This document shows positions 1 through 10,200 of a DNA stretch of 64,000 nucleotides, piece after piece (positions within the stretch are counted from its first letter, which is position 1; each line of letters opens with the position of its first letter). The DNA comes from an uncultured Chitinophagales bacterium. Its GTDB lineage: Bacteria; Bacteroidota; Ignavibacteria; UBA10030; UBA6906. The notes under the pieces were generated by a model that saw only the letters and a program-made list of their open reading frames with translations, did no database searches and was not told the DNA's origin. The DNA is taken from assembly GCA_964444145.1 (NCBI GenBank), contig CAYUFU010000002.1, forward strand, positions 38,722 to 102,721, in the 5' to 3' direction. Made by a program: the position numbers and the translations under genes.

Positions 1-615
1 CGTTTGCGACATCATCACGCCTTTTGCGCGTCCCATCGAACCCGATGTGAAGACGATGACAGCGACGCCAGAGGGATTGGTTGTTGCGAACGATGCCTTG
101 CGCGCGTCGTGTTTCGCTCGCTCCATCAACTCGGTCATCGAATAGACGCCGTTTTCCTGCTTGCTCAAATCCATGTCAACCAGCGTCTTGAGCGCCTTCA
201 CGGAGTGCCTGAATTCGATGAACATGTCGCGGTACGGTTCCGAAAACACTGCCGCTTTCGAATCCGACACGTGAAGGATGTTGATGATGTCGTTCTCTTT
301 CAGGTTCTTGTCAATCGGCACGGCGACGAAGTTGAACGTCACGCATGCGAGATGCGTAATAGCCCACTGCACGCGATTCTCGGCGATGAATGCGATGTGG
401 TCGCGCTCTCTCAATCCTAATTTCCTCAGTGCGGTTCCGAATGTGAGAACGTGGTCGTAAAGTTCACGATAGGTGACGCGTGGGATGGGTGTCTGGTTCA
501 AATCCTGTAACGCGAGGCGATTGGCGTATTTGTTGACTGAGATGGTGAGCATCTCGGCGATCGTTGCGATCGGGTCAACGTCGTAGTAGGGGTATTGTTG
601 GTTGAGAGTTTTCAT
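1..615 (-). CDS. AMP-dependent synthetase/ligase (long-chain fatty-acid--CoA ligase-like); N-terminal ~205 aa only, gene continues past the window start
   Basis: Minus-strand translation from the ATG at 613-615 gives MKTLNQQYPYYDVDPIATIAEMLTISVNKYANRLALQ...IVFTSGSMGRAKGVMMSQT. This ends in the AMP-binding signature T(S/G)GxxGxPKG. The plus-strand ORF 4..420 over the same DNA is Arg/His/Cys-rich shadow. Confidence 0.8.
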   Translation of the reverse strand, partial: MKTLNQQYPYYDVDPIATIAEMLTISVNKYANRLALQDLNQTPIPRVTYRELYDHVLTFGTALRKLGLRERDHIAFIAENRVQWAITHLACVTFNFVAVPIDKNLKENDIINILHVSDSKAAVFSEPYRDMFIEFRHSVKALKTLVDMDLSKQENGVYSMTELMERAKHDARKASFATTNPSGVAVIVFTSGSMGRAKGVMMSQT

Positions 616-793
616 AGCTTGAGTGTGAAGGAGTGTGGACCGTGGCGCTCAACGCGGCTTGTGCGTTGGCATGCGACTACACTGATGACGATGTAGCCCG
701 TTGGGCTTCGCGGCGCAGACGACACCGACCACGACGCAGCCCGTCTGAAGCCCCAAAAGAAAAAGCACTGCACACCACGACACCGTGTGGTGC

Positions 794-2101
794 TCAGGGA
801 CGATTGTTCGCTTTCCAAAAATAATATATCGGCACACCCAAAGCAAGAAAGCCAAGCCCGGCTATTGCCTGGTCGGGTCGCTCGATCAAGGTGTTCAAAA
901 CAAACCACGCGGCGATCGCAATGAACACTATCGGCGTGAAGGGGTAGCCGAATGTTTTGTATGGACGCTCGGCGTTTGGTTTCTTCTTTCGGAAGACAAA
1001 AATACTTGCCGCAGTCAATCCGAAGAAAATCCAATCGGTGAAGACGACATATGAGATGAGTTTGTCGAACGTTTCCCAAAACATCAGAAGCACAATTGCC
1101 CAGACCGTTTGCGCGATGATGGCGACAGCCGGCGTGTTATAGGTCGGATGAATGTCGGCGACGTTCTTGAAGAAGACGCCGTCGTTTGCCATGGCGAAGT
1201 AAATTCTCGGTGCAGTGAGTGTGTAAATGCCCGCCGTGCCAAAGGTCGAAATGAAAATCGCGAGTGCGATGATGCTTGCGCCCATCGGTCCCATGACGAC
1301 GCTGATTGCATCCGCCGCAATGCGTTGCGACGCGCCGATTGTCGAGGGCGGAAGAAGGAACAGGTACGCGACATTTGTGAGAAGATACAGTGCCGTGACG
1401 ACGAGCGTGCCGAGAACCATGGCGAACGGTACGGTGCGCGTTGGGTCTTTTGCTTCCGCTGCGGCGAACGATGCGTGCTGCCACCCGCCGTATGACCACA
1501 GTACGCCGACCATTGCGACGGCAAGCGCGCTTCCGAGTCCGCTTGCGTACGTGCCGAGCGGCGCGGAGAAATGTGTCGTAGATGTCCCCCATCCCAAGCC
1601 AACGACAATCAACAACCCAATGCCGAGAAGTTTCAGCACGGTGAACACATCGGCGAAGAGTCCGCCGACTTTCACTCCTACGACATTGATGATGGTGAGA
1701 AACGTGAGTCCGCCGATTGCGAAGAGTTTCTCCTGCGTTTGGTCGAGAGTGACAATAGTGCCGAAATATTTTGTGAACGCAACGCTCAGCGCAGCCAGCC
1801 CACCGGTATTGATAACGAGGAGATATGCCCAGCCGTAGAGGAATCCGAACAAGCCGCCGTAGGCTTCGGAAAGATACACGTACACGCCGCCTGCGCCGGG
1901 CATCATGCCGCCGAGTTCGGCAAAGGTGAGCGCGCCGGCAATCGCCGTTACGCCGCCCAGAATCCAAACAGCGAGTATCAGCCAGGGCGTTTGCAGCTCA
2001 GATGCGATGGATGCAGGTGTCAGGAAAATGCCCGAGCCTATTGTTGAGCCGATGGCAATCATGGTGAGGTCGAATTTGGTGAGGGCTTGTTTAAGAGGCA
2101 T
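794..2101 (-). CDS. APC-family amino acid permease (about 12 TM helices)
   Basis: ORF 794..2170 contains MPLKQALTKFDLTMIAIGSTIGSGIFLTPASIA, a typical APC transporter N-terminus, followed by many hydrophobic helices. Probable start is the internal ATG at 2101; the upstream extension is low-complexity. Confidence 0.8.
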   Translation of the reverse strand: MPLKQALTKFDLTMIAIGSTIGSGIFLTPASIASELQTPWLILAVWILGGVTAIAGALTFAELGGMMPGAGGVYVYLSEAYGGLFGFLYGWAYLLVINTGGLAALSVAFTKYFGTIVTLDQTQEKLFAIGGLTFLTIINVVGVKVGGLFADVFTVLKLLGIGLLIVVGLGWGTSTTHFSAPLGTYASGLGSALAVAMVGVLWSYGGWQHASFAAAEAKDPTRTVPFAMVLGTLVVTALYLLTNVAYLFLLPPSTIGASQRIAADAISVVMGPMGASIIALAIFISTFGTAGIYTLTAPRIYFAMANDGVFFKNVADIHPTYNTPAVAIIAQTVWAIVLLMFWETFDKLISYVVFTDWIFFGLTAASIFVFRKKKPNAERPYKTFGYPFTPIVFIAIAAWFVLNTLIERPDQAIAGLGFLALGVPIYYFWKANNRP

Positions 2102-2185
2102 TCTATTGCTTGCGGGCTTCGGAGTTTGAGATTGCGGAGTGAAAAGGAAAATGAAAAAGGAAAAAAGCAAAAGGGAAAAATGAGA

Positions 2186-3022
2186 CTACGGATTGAGGGG
2201 GTCGAAGCTCGAAACTCTTCTCAAAAAGTTTCTCAACTCCTTATCCCAAAAGATCCATGTATGGCCGCCGGGAGTTTCGTGGTATTCGTACAGCGCGCCG
2301 CGCTGTTGAAGTTTTTCGACGAGCGTGCGGTTGTTCTCGACGATGCGGGCGAGCGCGTCGTCTTTTCCTGTCGCGATGTAAAGATAGGGAAGGGTTTTCA
2401 CCGACGCGATGCTGTCGAGAATCATGAAAGGGTCGTTCCGAGTCCATTGAGCGGTTCGTGTCTGGCCAAAAGTTGCTTTCAGGCTTTCAGAGATTTCTTT
2501 GTTGTCCGGTCGTGAGCCAAGGGGCACGTACAACGCTCCGCTGAACGATCCGGCGAGAATGAAGCGCGCCGGATATTTTAGCGCAAGCTTTATCGAGCCA
2601 TAGCCTCCCATCGAGAGGCCCGCGATGAATCGGCCATGCCGTGTAGCAAGCGTTCGGTATTTACGGTCAACGAACGGTATCAGTTCATCTATTATGTAGG
2701 TCTCGTAGTTTTGCTTACCGTCGAGCGAATTGGTGTACCAGCTATTGTCGGCATCGGGGGTTACGATGAGGAAGTTGTGCTCCTGTGCATAGCGCACCAA
2801 TCCTGTTCGCTTCACCCAATCTGTGTGGTCGCCGCCGAAGCCGTGCAAGAGATAGATTGTGGAGTAATGTTCACTGCTGTTGTGGTAGGTGGGTGGGAGG
2901 ACGACGAAAAAGTACATTTTCTTTCCCACGTTTGCGGAGCTGACGCTATCAAGGGCAACGAGACCCTGTGCGAATGCGATCTTCGCCCAAAGAAGGAAGG
3001 TAAGGCATCCAACGATTCTCAT
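2186..3022 (-). CDS. Secreted esterase (putative esterase / esterase D family, PF00756-like)
   Basis: Signal peptide MRIVGCLTFLLWAKIAFAQG; motifs YLLHGFGGDHTDW and GLSMGGYGS (GxSxG serine hydrolase). Start taken at ATG 3022 rather than ORF start 3103. Confidence 0.75.
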   Translation of the reverse strand: MRIVGCLTFLLWAKIAFAQGLVALDSVSSANVGKKMYFFVVLPPTYHNSSEHYSTIYLLHGFGGDHTDWVKRTGLVRYAQEHNFLIVTPDADNSWYTNSLDGKQNYETYIIDELIPFVDRKYRTLATRHGRFIAGLSMGGYGSIKLALKYPARFILAGSFSGALYVPLGSRPDNKEISESLKATFGQTRTAQWTRNDPFMILDSIASVKTLPYLYIATGKDDALARIVENNRTLVEKLQQRGALYEYHETPGGHTWIFWDKELRNFLRRVSSFDPLNP

Positions 3023-3328
3023 GGTACGGCTGATGCTATCAATCGTGCTCGTCGCGATGCTCGGCAGGCTGCATGTTCTCTGCGCCTGCAAGTTTGCCGA
3101 CAAGCATCTGTGGGTTGTGGATGAGTACGGGAAGATGTTGCGGGCAGATGGAAAAAGTGGCGTTCTGGTACGTCAATGTAATGAGGGGAATTTCTTCTTG
3201 CGTGCGTGCGCAGGCGATGCAGGATGAAGTCATTGGTGGATTGGACATGAAGAAATTCCTTTCGTGGTGAGAAGACGACGGTGAGGAGAGACACTATCAA
3301 CGAACACTCGTCATTGGCAATTCCTTAG

Positions 3329-3400
<72 letters not shown>

Positions 3401-3744
3401 AGCTATGTTGCGCACATCAGCAAATCACTCAGACGCCGAAAAAATATACGTACACCTTCTACGACATGCAAATACCGCCGCGAGGTACGAGGTTTGGCGT
3501 ACAACATGCCGCCTTCGGACGAACCACGTTGCCGAGTATTCCAACCCACGAAATGAACAAAGCGATTTGGGCGAACTGTGTCCTTGACAACGTATGTTAC
3601 TTTATTTACTATTAGGCGAGAGGATGGCTGGAGAAGAAAACGCTCTTATACTTCGTTCGTGAGCCATCTGTTCGGTGTCGTGCGTCCATGTGCGGAGCCG
3701 CTCGACTATGACAGGGCCATACATTCACAACAACGTTCATTGCA

Positions 3745-5334
3745 ATGATTCACTCCCTTCTCCCACCTCCCCGCAGTGCCGATTACCGCATCGCAGTGGT
3801 AATCGCTGTATTTACCATCTCATGTACCTTCTTTATTTTCTCTTGCGACGACATTGACCCGCTGCCCCCTGCAGTTTCGACGGCGACCGCTCGGCTGACG
3901 GTCGAAGAAGTGCAAGTTCTCATCGCGCACGCAGTCGAACAAGCGCAGCGCGTGAATCAAAAGGTGATTGTCGCAGTGTCCGATCGCGAGGGGAATATTC
4001 TCGGCGCCTTTCGTATGACCGGTGCGCGGTTGGATTCGAGTGATCTGAATTTCAACGGCGGCACCGTGAAAGTCACCACACTCGATACAACAATCCGCAA
4101 AGCGCGCACGGCAGCATTCCTGAGCAGTAACCAACATGCCTTCTCGACCGCAACGGCATGCTTCATTACGCGTTCACATTTTCCTCCGGGTATCTCGAAT
4201 ACGCCCGCAGGTCCGCTATTTGGAGTCGGACTGTCGAGCTTGCCGGGCAGTGACATTATGCCGAACGGCAACGCGCTGAGCGATTTGCCCGGCGGCGTCC
4301 CAATTTACAAAGGTGGCGTGCTCGCGGGGGGCATCGGCGTACATGGCGCAGCGTCGCAATTCAATTCCACCTTGTGTACGGGACAGAGTTTTGACGAAAC
4401 GATAGCGCTCGGCGCGTTGGGTGAGTTCGTTCTTCCGCCAAACGTGCGCGGCGATGGAATTTTTATAGACGGTATTCGCTTCTTATTCGCGAACGGAGCC
4501 GCGCCGGCGGGGAATTTCACGCTCACGTTCGCGAATCTCTCGTCGCTTGGAGCGGTCCTCATGCCGGTGCTTGGTGCGCCGATTCAGAAATTTCCTTCGG
4601 TGGCAGGTTACGTGAACCTCGATGCTACCCATGATTTCAATCCGCGTGCTGGGTCAATCCTCACGGTAGCAGATGTCGAGCGAATCATCAGTCAAGCCGC
4701 GGCGCAAGCGGCGAAAACGCGTGCAGCGATCCGCCGTCCCGTTGGTGTATCCGCCCAAGTGTTCATCTCCGTTGTTGACTTGAACGGTTCCGTGCTCGGC
4801 ATTTGGCGCACACCCGATGCAACGATTTTCAGCTACGACGTGAGTGCCCAGAAGGCGCGCACTGCACTCGCATTTAGCGATCCGAACAACACGAACTTTG
4901 GACGACGCATCCGTTCGATCCTTGGCATCGCGCCGACTGCTCCACTTTCAATGACCACGCGCGCAGTCGGTTTCCTTGCGCAAGATTTTTATCCGCCCGG
5001 TATTGACCGCGATTCGCTCGGTCAACCTATGGCACCGGGACCGTTGTTTGAAGGGGAGAATTTCAGATATCAATTCCGTTTGCTCGGCGAGGCGGGATTG
5101 CCCGCGTACGGCAACGGCATCACGATTTTTCCTGGGGGCATTGCACTGTACAAGAACGGCCAGCTTGCAGGTGCCATCGGCATCAGCGGCGATGGTGTTG
5201 ATCAGGATGATATTATCGCGGCGGCGGGAACGGCAGGCTTCGAGCCTCCTGCAAATGTTCGCTGCGATCAGTATTCATTTCGCGGCGTGCGCTTGCCGTA
5301 TGTCAAGTTTCCGCGGCAGCCGGAGATTCGATAA
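3745..5334 (+). CDS. Exported (lipo)protein with two tandem GlcG/HbpS-like (haem-degrading, PF03928/DUF336-like) domains
   Basis: N-terminal hydrophobic stretch with Cys (AVVIAVFTISCTFFIFSCDD). Domain 1: LTVEEVQVLIAHAVEQAQRVNQKVIVAVSDREGNILGAFRMTGA...IRKARTAAF...GGVLAGGIGVHG. Domain 2: LTVADVERIISQAAAQAAKTRAAIRRPVGVSAQVFISVVDLNGSVLGIWRT...AQKARTALAF...GQLAGAIGISGDGVDQDD. Both follow the GlcG pattern. Confidence 0.7.
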   Translation: MIHSLLPPPRSADYRIAVVIAVFTISCTFFIFSCDDIDPLPPAVSTATARLTVEEVQVLIAHAVEQAQRVNQKVIVAVSDREGNILGAFRMTGARLDSSDLNFNGGTVKVTTLDTTIRKARTAAFLSSNQHAFSTATACFITRSHFPPGISNTPAGPLFGVGLSSLPGSDIMPNGNALSDLPGGVPIYKGGVLAGGIGVHGAASQFNSTLCTGQSFDETIALGALGEFVLPPNVRGDGIFIDGIRFLFANGAAPAGNFTLTFANLSSLGAVLMPVLGAPIQKFPSVAGYVNLDATHDFNPRAGSILTVADVERIISQAAAQAAKTRAAIRRPVGVSAQVFISVVDLNGSVLGIWRTPDATIFSYDVSAQKARTALAFSDPNNTNFGRRIRSILGIAPTAPLSMTTRAVGFLAQDFYPPGIDRDSLGQPMAPGPLFEGENFRYQFRLLGEAGLPAYGNGITIFPGGIALYKNGQLAGAIGISGDGVDQDDIIAAAGTAGFEPPANVRCDQYSFRGVRLPYVKFPRQPEIR

Positions 5335-5539
5335 GGGTCGGATCACAAGGGCACCACCCTCGATATTAGAAACACATTCTTGGTTTGAACCCCGAAGGGG
5401 GGCAATGATCTTTTTTGTCGAGTCTTGGTTTGTTCGCTTTGCGTAACTTCATTCAAACACTACCTCTCCGTCTCTTACGTATTGTCGTTTGTTGAATATG
5501 ATGATCGGCTTTGAAAAATTCTCGGACAAAGGTTCAGCG

Positions 5540-7234
5540 ATGACACATTTGTCACGACGCCTCATTTTTTTTGCACTCGCACTCCCCTATGTGCTCTCAG
5601 CATTCCCGCTTTGGTCACAAACACAACGCGACACGCTTGCCGCGCCGAAGGACACGCTGAAAACCAAACAGCAAGAGCTGAAAGACTTTGAAGTGATGGA
5701 CCATCGCTGGGATATCAAGCAGCCGCCGTCGGAGCTGACGGTTGAAGGCAGCACGCTCGATCCGTACAACCAGAACATCCTCAAGGGCGATTACCCGATC
5801 ATCGGACAGAACACGTTTCTGATTTTGACTGCAATTGCGGAGAATACCTTCGAGCTTGTGAAAAACCCGACGCCAAGCGGTGTGAGTACGCGCGAGCCGC
5901 TGAGCGATCCGTTCTTCGGCAAAGGCGAGCGGCTGCTCAACAACGTGAACGCAAAACTTTCTGTTGAATTGTACGGCGGGCAGACGGCGTTCCGTCCCCG
6001 CGATTGGGAATTGAAAGCAACTGCGGTGTTCAATTTGAATTACACGAAGCTGAAAGAATTCAACGGGGTGAACATCAACGTGCGCAAAGGCGACACGCGG
6101 ACGGAGAACCATTTGGGTTTTCAGGAATTGTTTTTTGAAAAACATCTCTTCAACGTGAGCGACCGCTTCGATTTCATTTCGTTCAAAGCGGGTATTCAAA
6201 AATTCTCGAGCGACTTTCGCGGGTTCATCTTCAATGACTTCAATTTGGGCGCTCGGCTCTTCGGCAATCTCGATAACAACAAGATCCAATGGAATCTCAT
6301 CTACTTGCCGATGTTGGAAAAAGAAACCAACAGCGAGCTGAACACCGTCTTCGATGATCGTGAGCAGGACGTCGCTATTGCGAACGTGTACATTCAAGAT
6401 TGGTGGGCGCTTGGCTACACGACGCAATTCAGTTTCCATTTCAATCACGACAAGCCGACGACACATTTCGATGAGAACGGATTCCCGGTGCGTCCTGCCA
6501 TTGCGGGCAACACGAAACCGCACGACATCAAAGCATACTACGCCGGCTGGACGGGCGACGGGCACATCGGCTGGCTGAACATTACGCACGCGTTGTATCA
6601 AGTGTTCGGCAAGGACGACTTCAATTCGTTCGCGGGAAAAGCGATTGACATCAACGCGCAAATGGCGGCGCTCGAGCTTTCCGTTGACGACGATTGGCAG
6701 CGATTCAGAATTTCCGGCTTCTACGCGTCGGGCGACGACGACATTGCCGACGACAAGGGGAAAGGCTTTGACGCTATCCTCGACGCGCCTATGTTTGCCG
6801 GCGGCGGATTCAGTTGGTTCAACTCGCAGCGAGTCGGATTGCAGGGCGTGGGGCTTGTGCAGAAGCTGAGTCTCCTGCCGACGTTGCGGAGTAGCAAGTT
6901 AGAAGGACAAGCGAATTTCGTCAACCCCGGACTTCTGCTCGCAAACATTGGCTACGACGCGGACATCACGCCGAAGCTCAAAGCGATTTTCAACGTGAAC
7001 TATCTTCGCTTCGTCAACACTGCAGTCCTGCAAAACTTTACGAACCAAAACAGGATTCATAAACAGATCGGCATTGATTTCAGTCTCGGCATCATCTATC
7101 GTCCGTTCCTGAACAACAACGCGGTGTTCACGTTTTCGTTTGCGGGATTGTCGCCGTTGCAGGGTTTTAAGGATTTGTTTGAGACTTCGGCGATACAGTA
7201 CGCGGGCGTTGCATCGCTGGCGTTTACGTATTGA
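5540..7234 (+). CDS. Outer-membrane beta-barrel protein, candidate porin partner of the downstream multihaem cytochrome
   Basis: Signal peptide MTHLSRRLIFFALALPYVLSAFPLWSQ (start at ATG 5540 inside ORF 5489..7234). Alternating amphipathic strands throughout, no Cys, C-terminus ...ASLAFTY (aromatic terminal residue typical of OM barrels). Family not recognised. Confidence 0.6.
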   Translation: MTHLSRRLIFFALALPYVLSAFPLWSQTQRDTLAAPKDTLKTKQQELKDFEVMDHRWDIKQPPSELTVEGSTLDPYNQNILKGDYPIIGQNTFLILTAIAENTFELVKNPTPSGVSTREPLSDPFFGKGERLLNNVNAKLSVELYGGQTAFRPRDWELKATAVFNLNYTKLKEFNGVNINVRKGDTRTENHLGFQELFFEKHLFNVSDRFDFISFKAGIQKFSSDFRGFIFNDFNLGARLFGNLDNNKIQWNLIYLPMLEKETNSELNTVFDDREQDVAIANVYIQDWWALGYTTQFSFHFNHDKPTTHFDENGFPVRPAIAGNTKPHDIKAYYAGWTGDGHIGWLNITHALYQVFGKDDFNSFAGKAIDINAQMAALELSVDDDWQRFRISGFYASGDDDIADDKGKGFDAILDAPMFAGGGFSWFNSQRVGLQGVGLVQKLSLLPTLRSSKLEGQANFVNPGLLLANIGYDADITPKLKAIFNVNYLRFVNTAVLQNFTNQNRIHKQIGIDFSLGIIYRPFLNNNAVFTFSFAGLSPLQGFKDLFETSAIQYAGVASLAFTY

Positions 7235-7290
7235 ATTCTACATAACCGTAGGTACCCCGTCCCTACAAAGAAACAATCTCTGGTTCAAGT

Positions 7291-10200
7291 ATGAATAGTT
7301 TCTTGTTGCGCGCAATTATCACTTGTGTAATCATTGAATGTCTCAGGGACACAATGATCGGCCAAGACTCCTTCATCAACCAAACCCAAGCCGACGCCGA
7401 TCGCAAGAGCAAAGGCTGCATCACGTGCCACGGCGGTATCGAGCCGATGCACAAGAGCAGCGCAGTAAAGTTAGGTTGCATTGATTGTCATGGCGGCAAT
7501 CCGAACGCGACGATTGCCGACCTCGCGCATGTGCAGCCGCGATTTCCCGACCGGTGGAAAACATCGGCGAATCCCCCGCGGACCTACACGCTGCTGAACG
7601 AAGAGTATCCCGAATTCGTTCAGTTCGTGAACCCGGGGGATTTGCGTGTTGCCGATAAAGCGTGCGGACCCTGCCACAATACGACAAGCGATCCAATCGT
7701 GCGCAACGTGCAAAAAAGTTTGATGACGACCAGCGCGCTGCTCTGGGGAGGCGCGGCGTACAACAACGGCATCGTCTCAACGAAAAATTACATTCTCGGT
7801 GAAAGTTACAGTTGGGACGGCAAGCCGCAGAAGATCAACACGGTTCCGGTGCCGAGCGCAGAGGACATGAAGAACAAAGGCGTGCTTCCGTTCGTCGTGC
7901 CGCTGCCGCGCTGGGAGATTACGCAGCCGCCGGATAATTTCCGCAGCTTCGAGCGCGGCGGCAAAGTTCCGCGCATCAATCCGTCGGAGATTGGTATTCC
8001 GAACCCATTTGAAGAGCCGGGCAGACCCGACAATAAGTTGAGCGATCGCGGAACGGGAACGCAACTGCGCATCAGCTCGCCGGTGTTGAACATCCACAAG
8101 ACGCGTTTGAACGACCCTCATCTGTCGTTCATGGGAACGAACGACAATCCGGGTGACTATCGTTCGAGTGGATGCACAGGCTGCCATGTCGTGTACGCAA
8201 ACGATCGCTCGAATTTCAACGCGGGTCCGTACGCGGTGTTTGGCAATCGTGGACAAAGCAAAACCGCCGACACGACGATTTCGAAAAGAGAGTCAGGGCA
8301 TCCTATCAAACATCAATTCACACGGGCGATTCCCTCGTCGCAATGCATGAGCTGCCACATGCACCAGCCGAACGCGTTCGTCAACACGTATCTCGGCTAC
8401 CAAATGTGGGACTACGAAACGGATGCAGAGTTGATGTATCCGAAGCAGCAGAAGTATCCGTCGAATGCGGAAGCCTTTGCGATGCTTGCGAGGAATCCGG
8501 AGGAGGCAGTGCTGCGCGGCAACTGGAGTGACCAGGAGTTTCTTGCTAATGTTTCCTCGCTCAACCCGCAGCTTGCGCACTCGCAGTTCTCTGATTACCA
8601 TGGACACGGCTGGGTGTTTCGCGCCGTCTTCAAACGAGATCGGAAAGGAAATCTGCTCGACAAGGACGGCAAAGTCATTCCCGACAACGCGCCGTTCAAG
8701 TTCGACGGCGTCGTGCCTATCGAAGGCGTCACGCCGAAGACAATGAGCGCCGCAAGTCAGAGCGCGCAGAAAGCCGTGCATTTGAAAGACATTCATCTGG
8801 AAAAAGGAATGCACTGCGTTGATTGTCATTTCAAACAGGACGCGCACGGCGATGGAAAGTTGAAAGGCGAGTTCCACAACGCGGTCGAAATTCAATGCGT
8901 TGATTGTCACGGAACCATGAGTGCGAGGGCAACGCTGAAAACCTCTGGAGTTGCCGCGCCGGCGGGCGGCACGGACTTGACGCAAACATTCACACCATTT
9001 GGCGAACGGCGTTTTCGAAAAACCGCGACGAGTATCAGACAGCGGTCGACTCTCGTGGACACCTTGAGTTGGGAAATTCTCCAGACAGTGGACTCGCACA
9101 CATCGGGCGCAGCGGGATACAATAAGAAAGCTGAAGCCGCCCATCTGATGTTGAAGGACGGTACGATTGGCAAGCCGAATTCGCCTGAGGAGATGTTCGC
9201 CCATTCATACAAAAAAATGGAATGCCAAGCTTGCCACACCTCTTGGATTACGAATTGCTTCGGCTGTCATCTCCCGCAGCAAGCGAATTGGAAGAAACAG
9301 ATGAACCACTACGAAGGCGAGCTCTCGCGCAACTGGACGACATACAATCCACAAGTGCTGCGCGACGATGCGTATATGCTCTGCCTGACGGGCACAACGA
9401 AAGGAAGCAAGATCACGACGGCACGTTCATCGAGTGCGCTCGTCCTCAGTTCGGTGAACGCGAATCGCGAACAGATTTACATTCAGCAAGCGCCGATCTC
9501 ATCACCGGGGCACAGCAGTCAGGCGTTCAATCCGCATTTCTCGCATGCCGTCCGAGCAACCGAGACGAAGCAATGCACCGATTGCCACGTCTCGTCGAAG
9601 AACGACAATAACGCGTGGATGGCGCAGTTGCTTTTGCAAGGAACGAACTTCGTCAACTTCATCGGGAAGTATGCGTACGTTGCTGCGGGCGACGGCGGAC
9701 TCGAAGCGGTGCAAGTGACCGAGCAAGACGAGCCGCAAGCGGTGATCGGAAGTTATCTGCACAGCATTGCGTATCCGGATTATTACAAGGCGCATCTCGA
9801 CAATCGGAAGCAACTCCGAACTTCCTATCATCACAGCGGCAGCGCCTTGAGCGTGCAGTTGCGCGGCGAGTATCTGTACGCGGCGTGCGGCGAAGACGGG
9901 TTCCGCGTGTATGATGTCGCAAACGTGGATAACAAAGGGTTCTCCGAACGCATCGTCACGTCACCGGTATCGCCCTTCGGGCAGGACACGCACGTGAAGA
10001 CCCGTTTCGCAACCGCGGTCGCGCTCCCGACCAACATGCCGATTGACACGCGGCGAAGGTATCGTCCGGAAAACCAAGAGCAGGCGGTCGAGTATAACGG
10101 GAAACAACTCAATCTTCATCCGTCCTATAGCTACGCCTATATCACCGACAGATATGAGGGGTTGATTCTTGTTGATGTGATGAACCTCGTGGACGGAGAC

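Noticed and set aside
4-420. Plus-strand ORF of 138 aa at the window start
   Set aside because: Arg/His/Cys-rich, no motif. It is the antisense shadow of a well-supported AMP-ligase gene on the minus strand.
1137-1967. Minus and plus-strand ORFs of 170-276 aa inside 794-2170 (1084..1608, 1137..1967, 1227..1838, 1571..2047)
   Set aside because: Extremely Arg-rich or low-complexity translations, typical of out-of-frame shadows in high-GC DNA. The APC permease frame explains the region.
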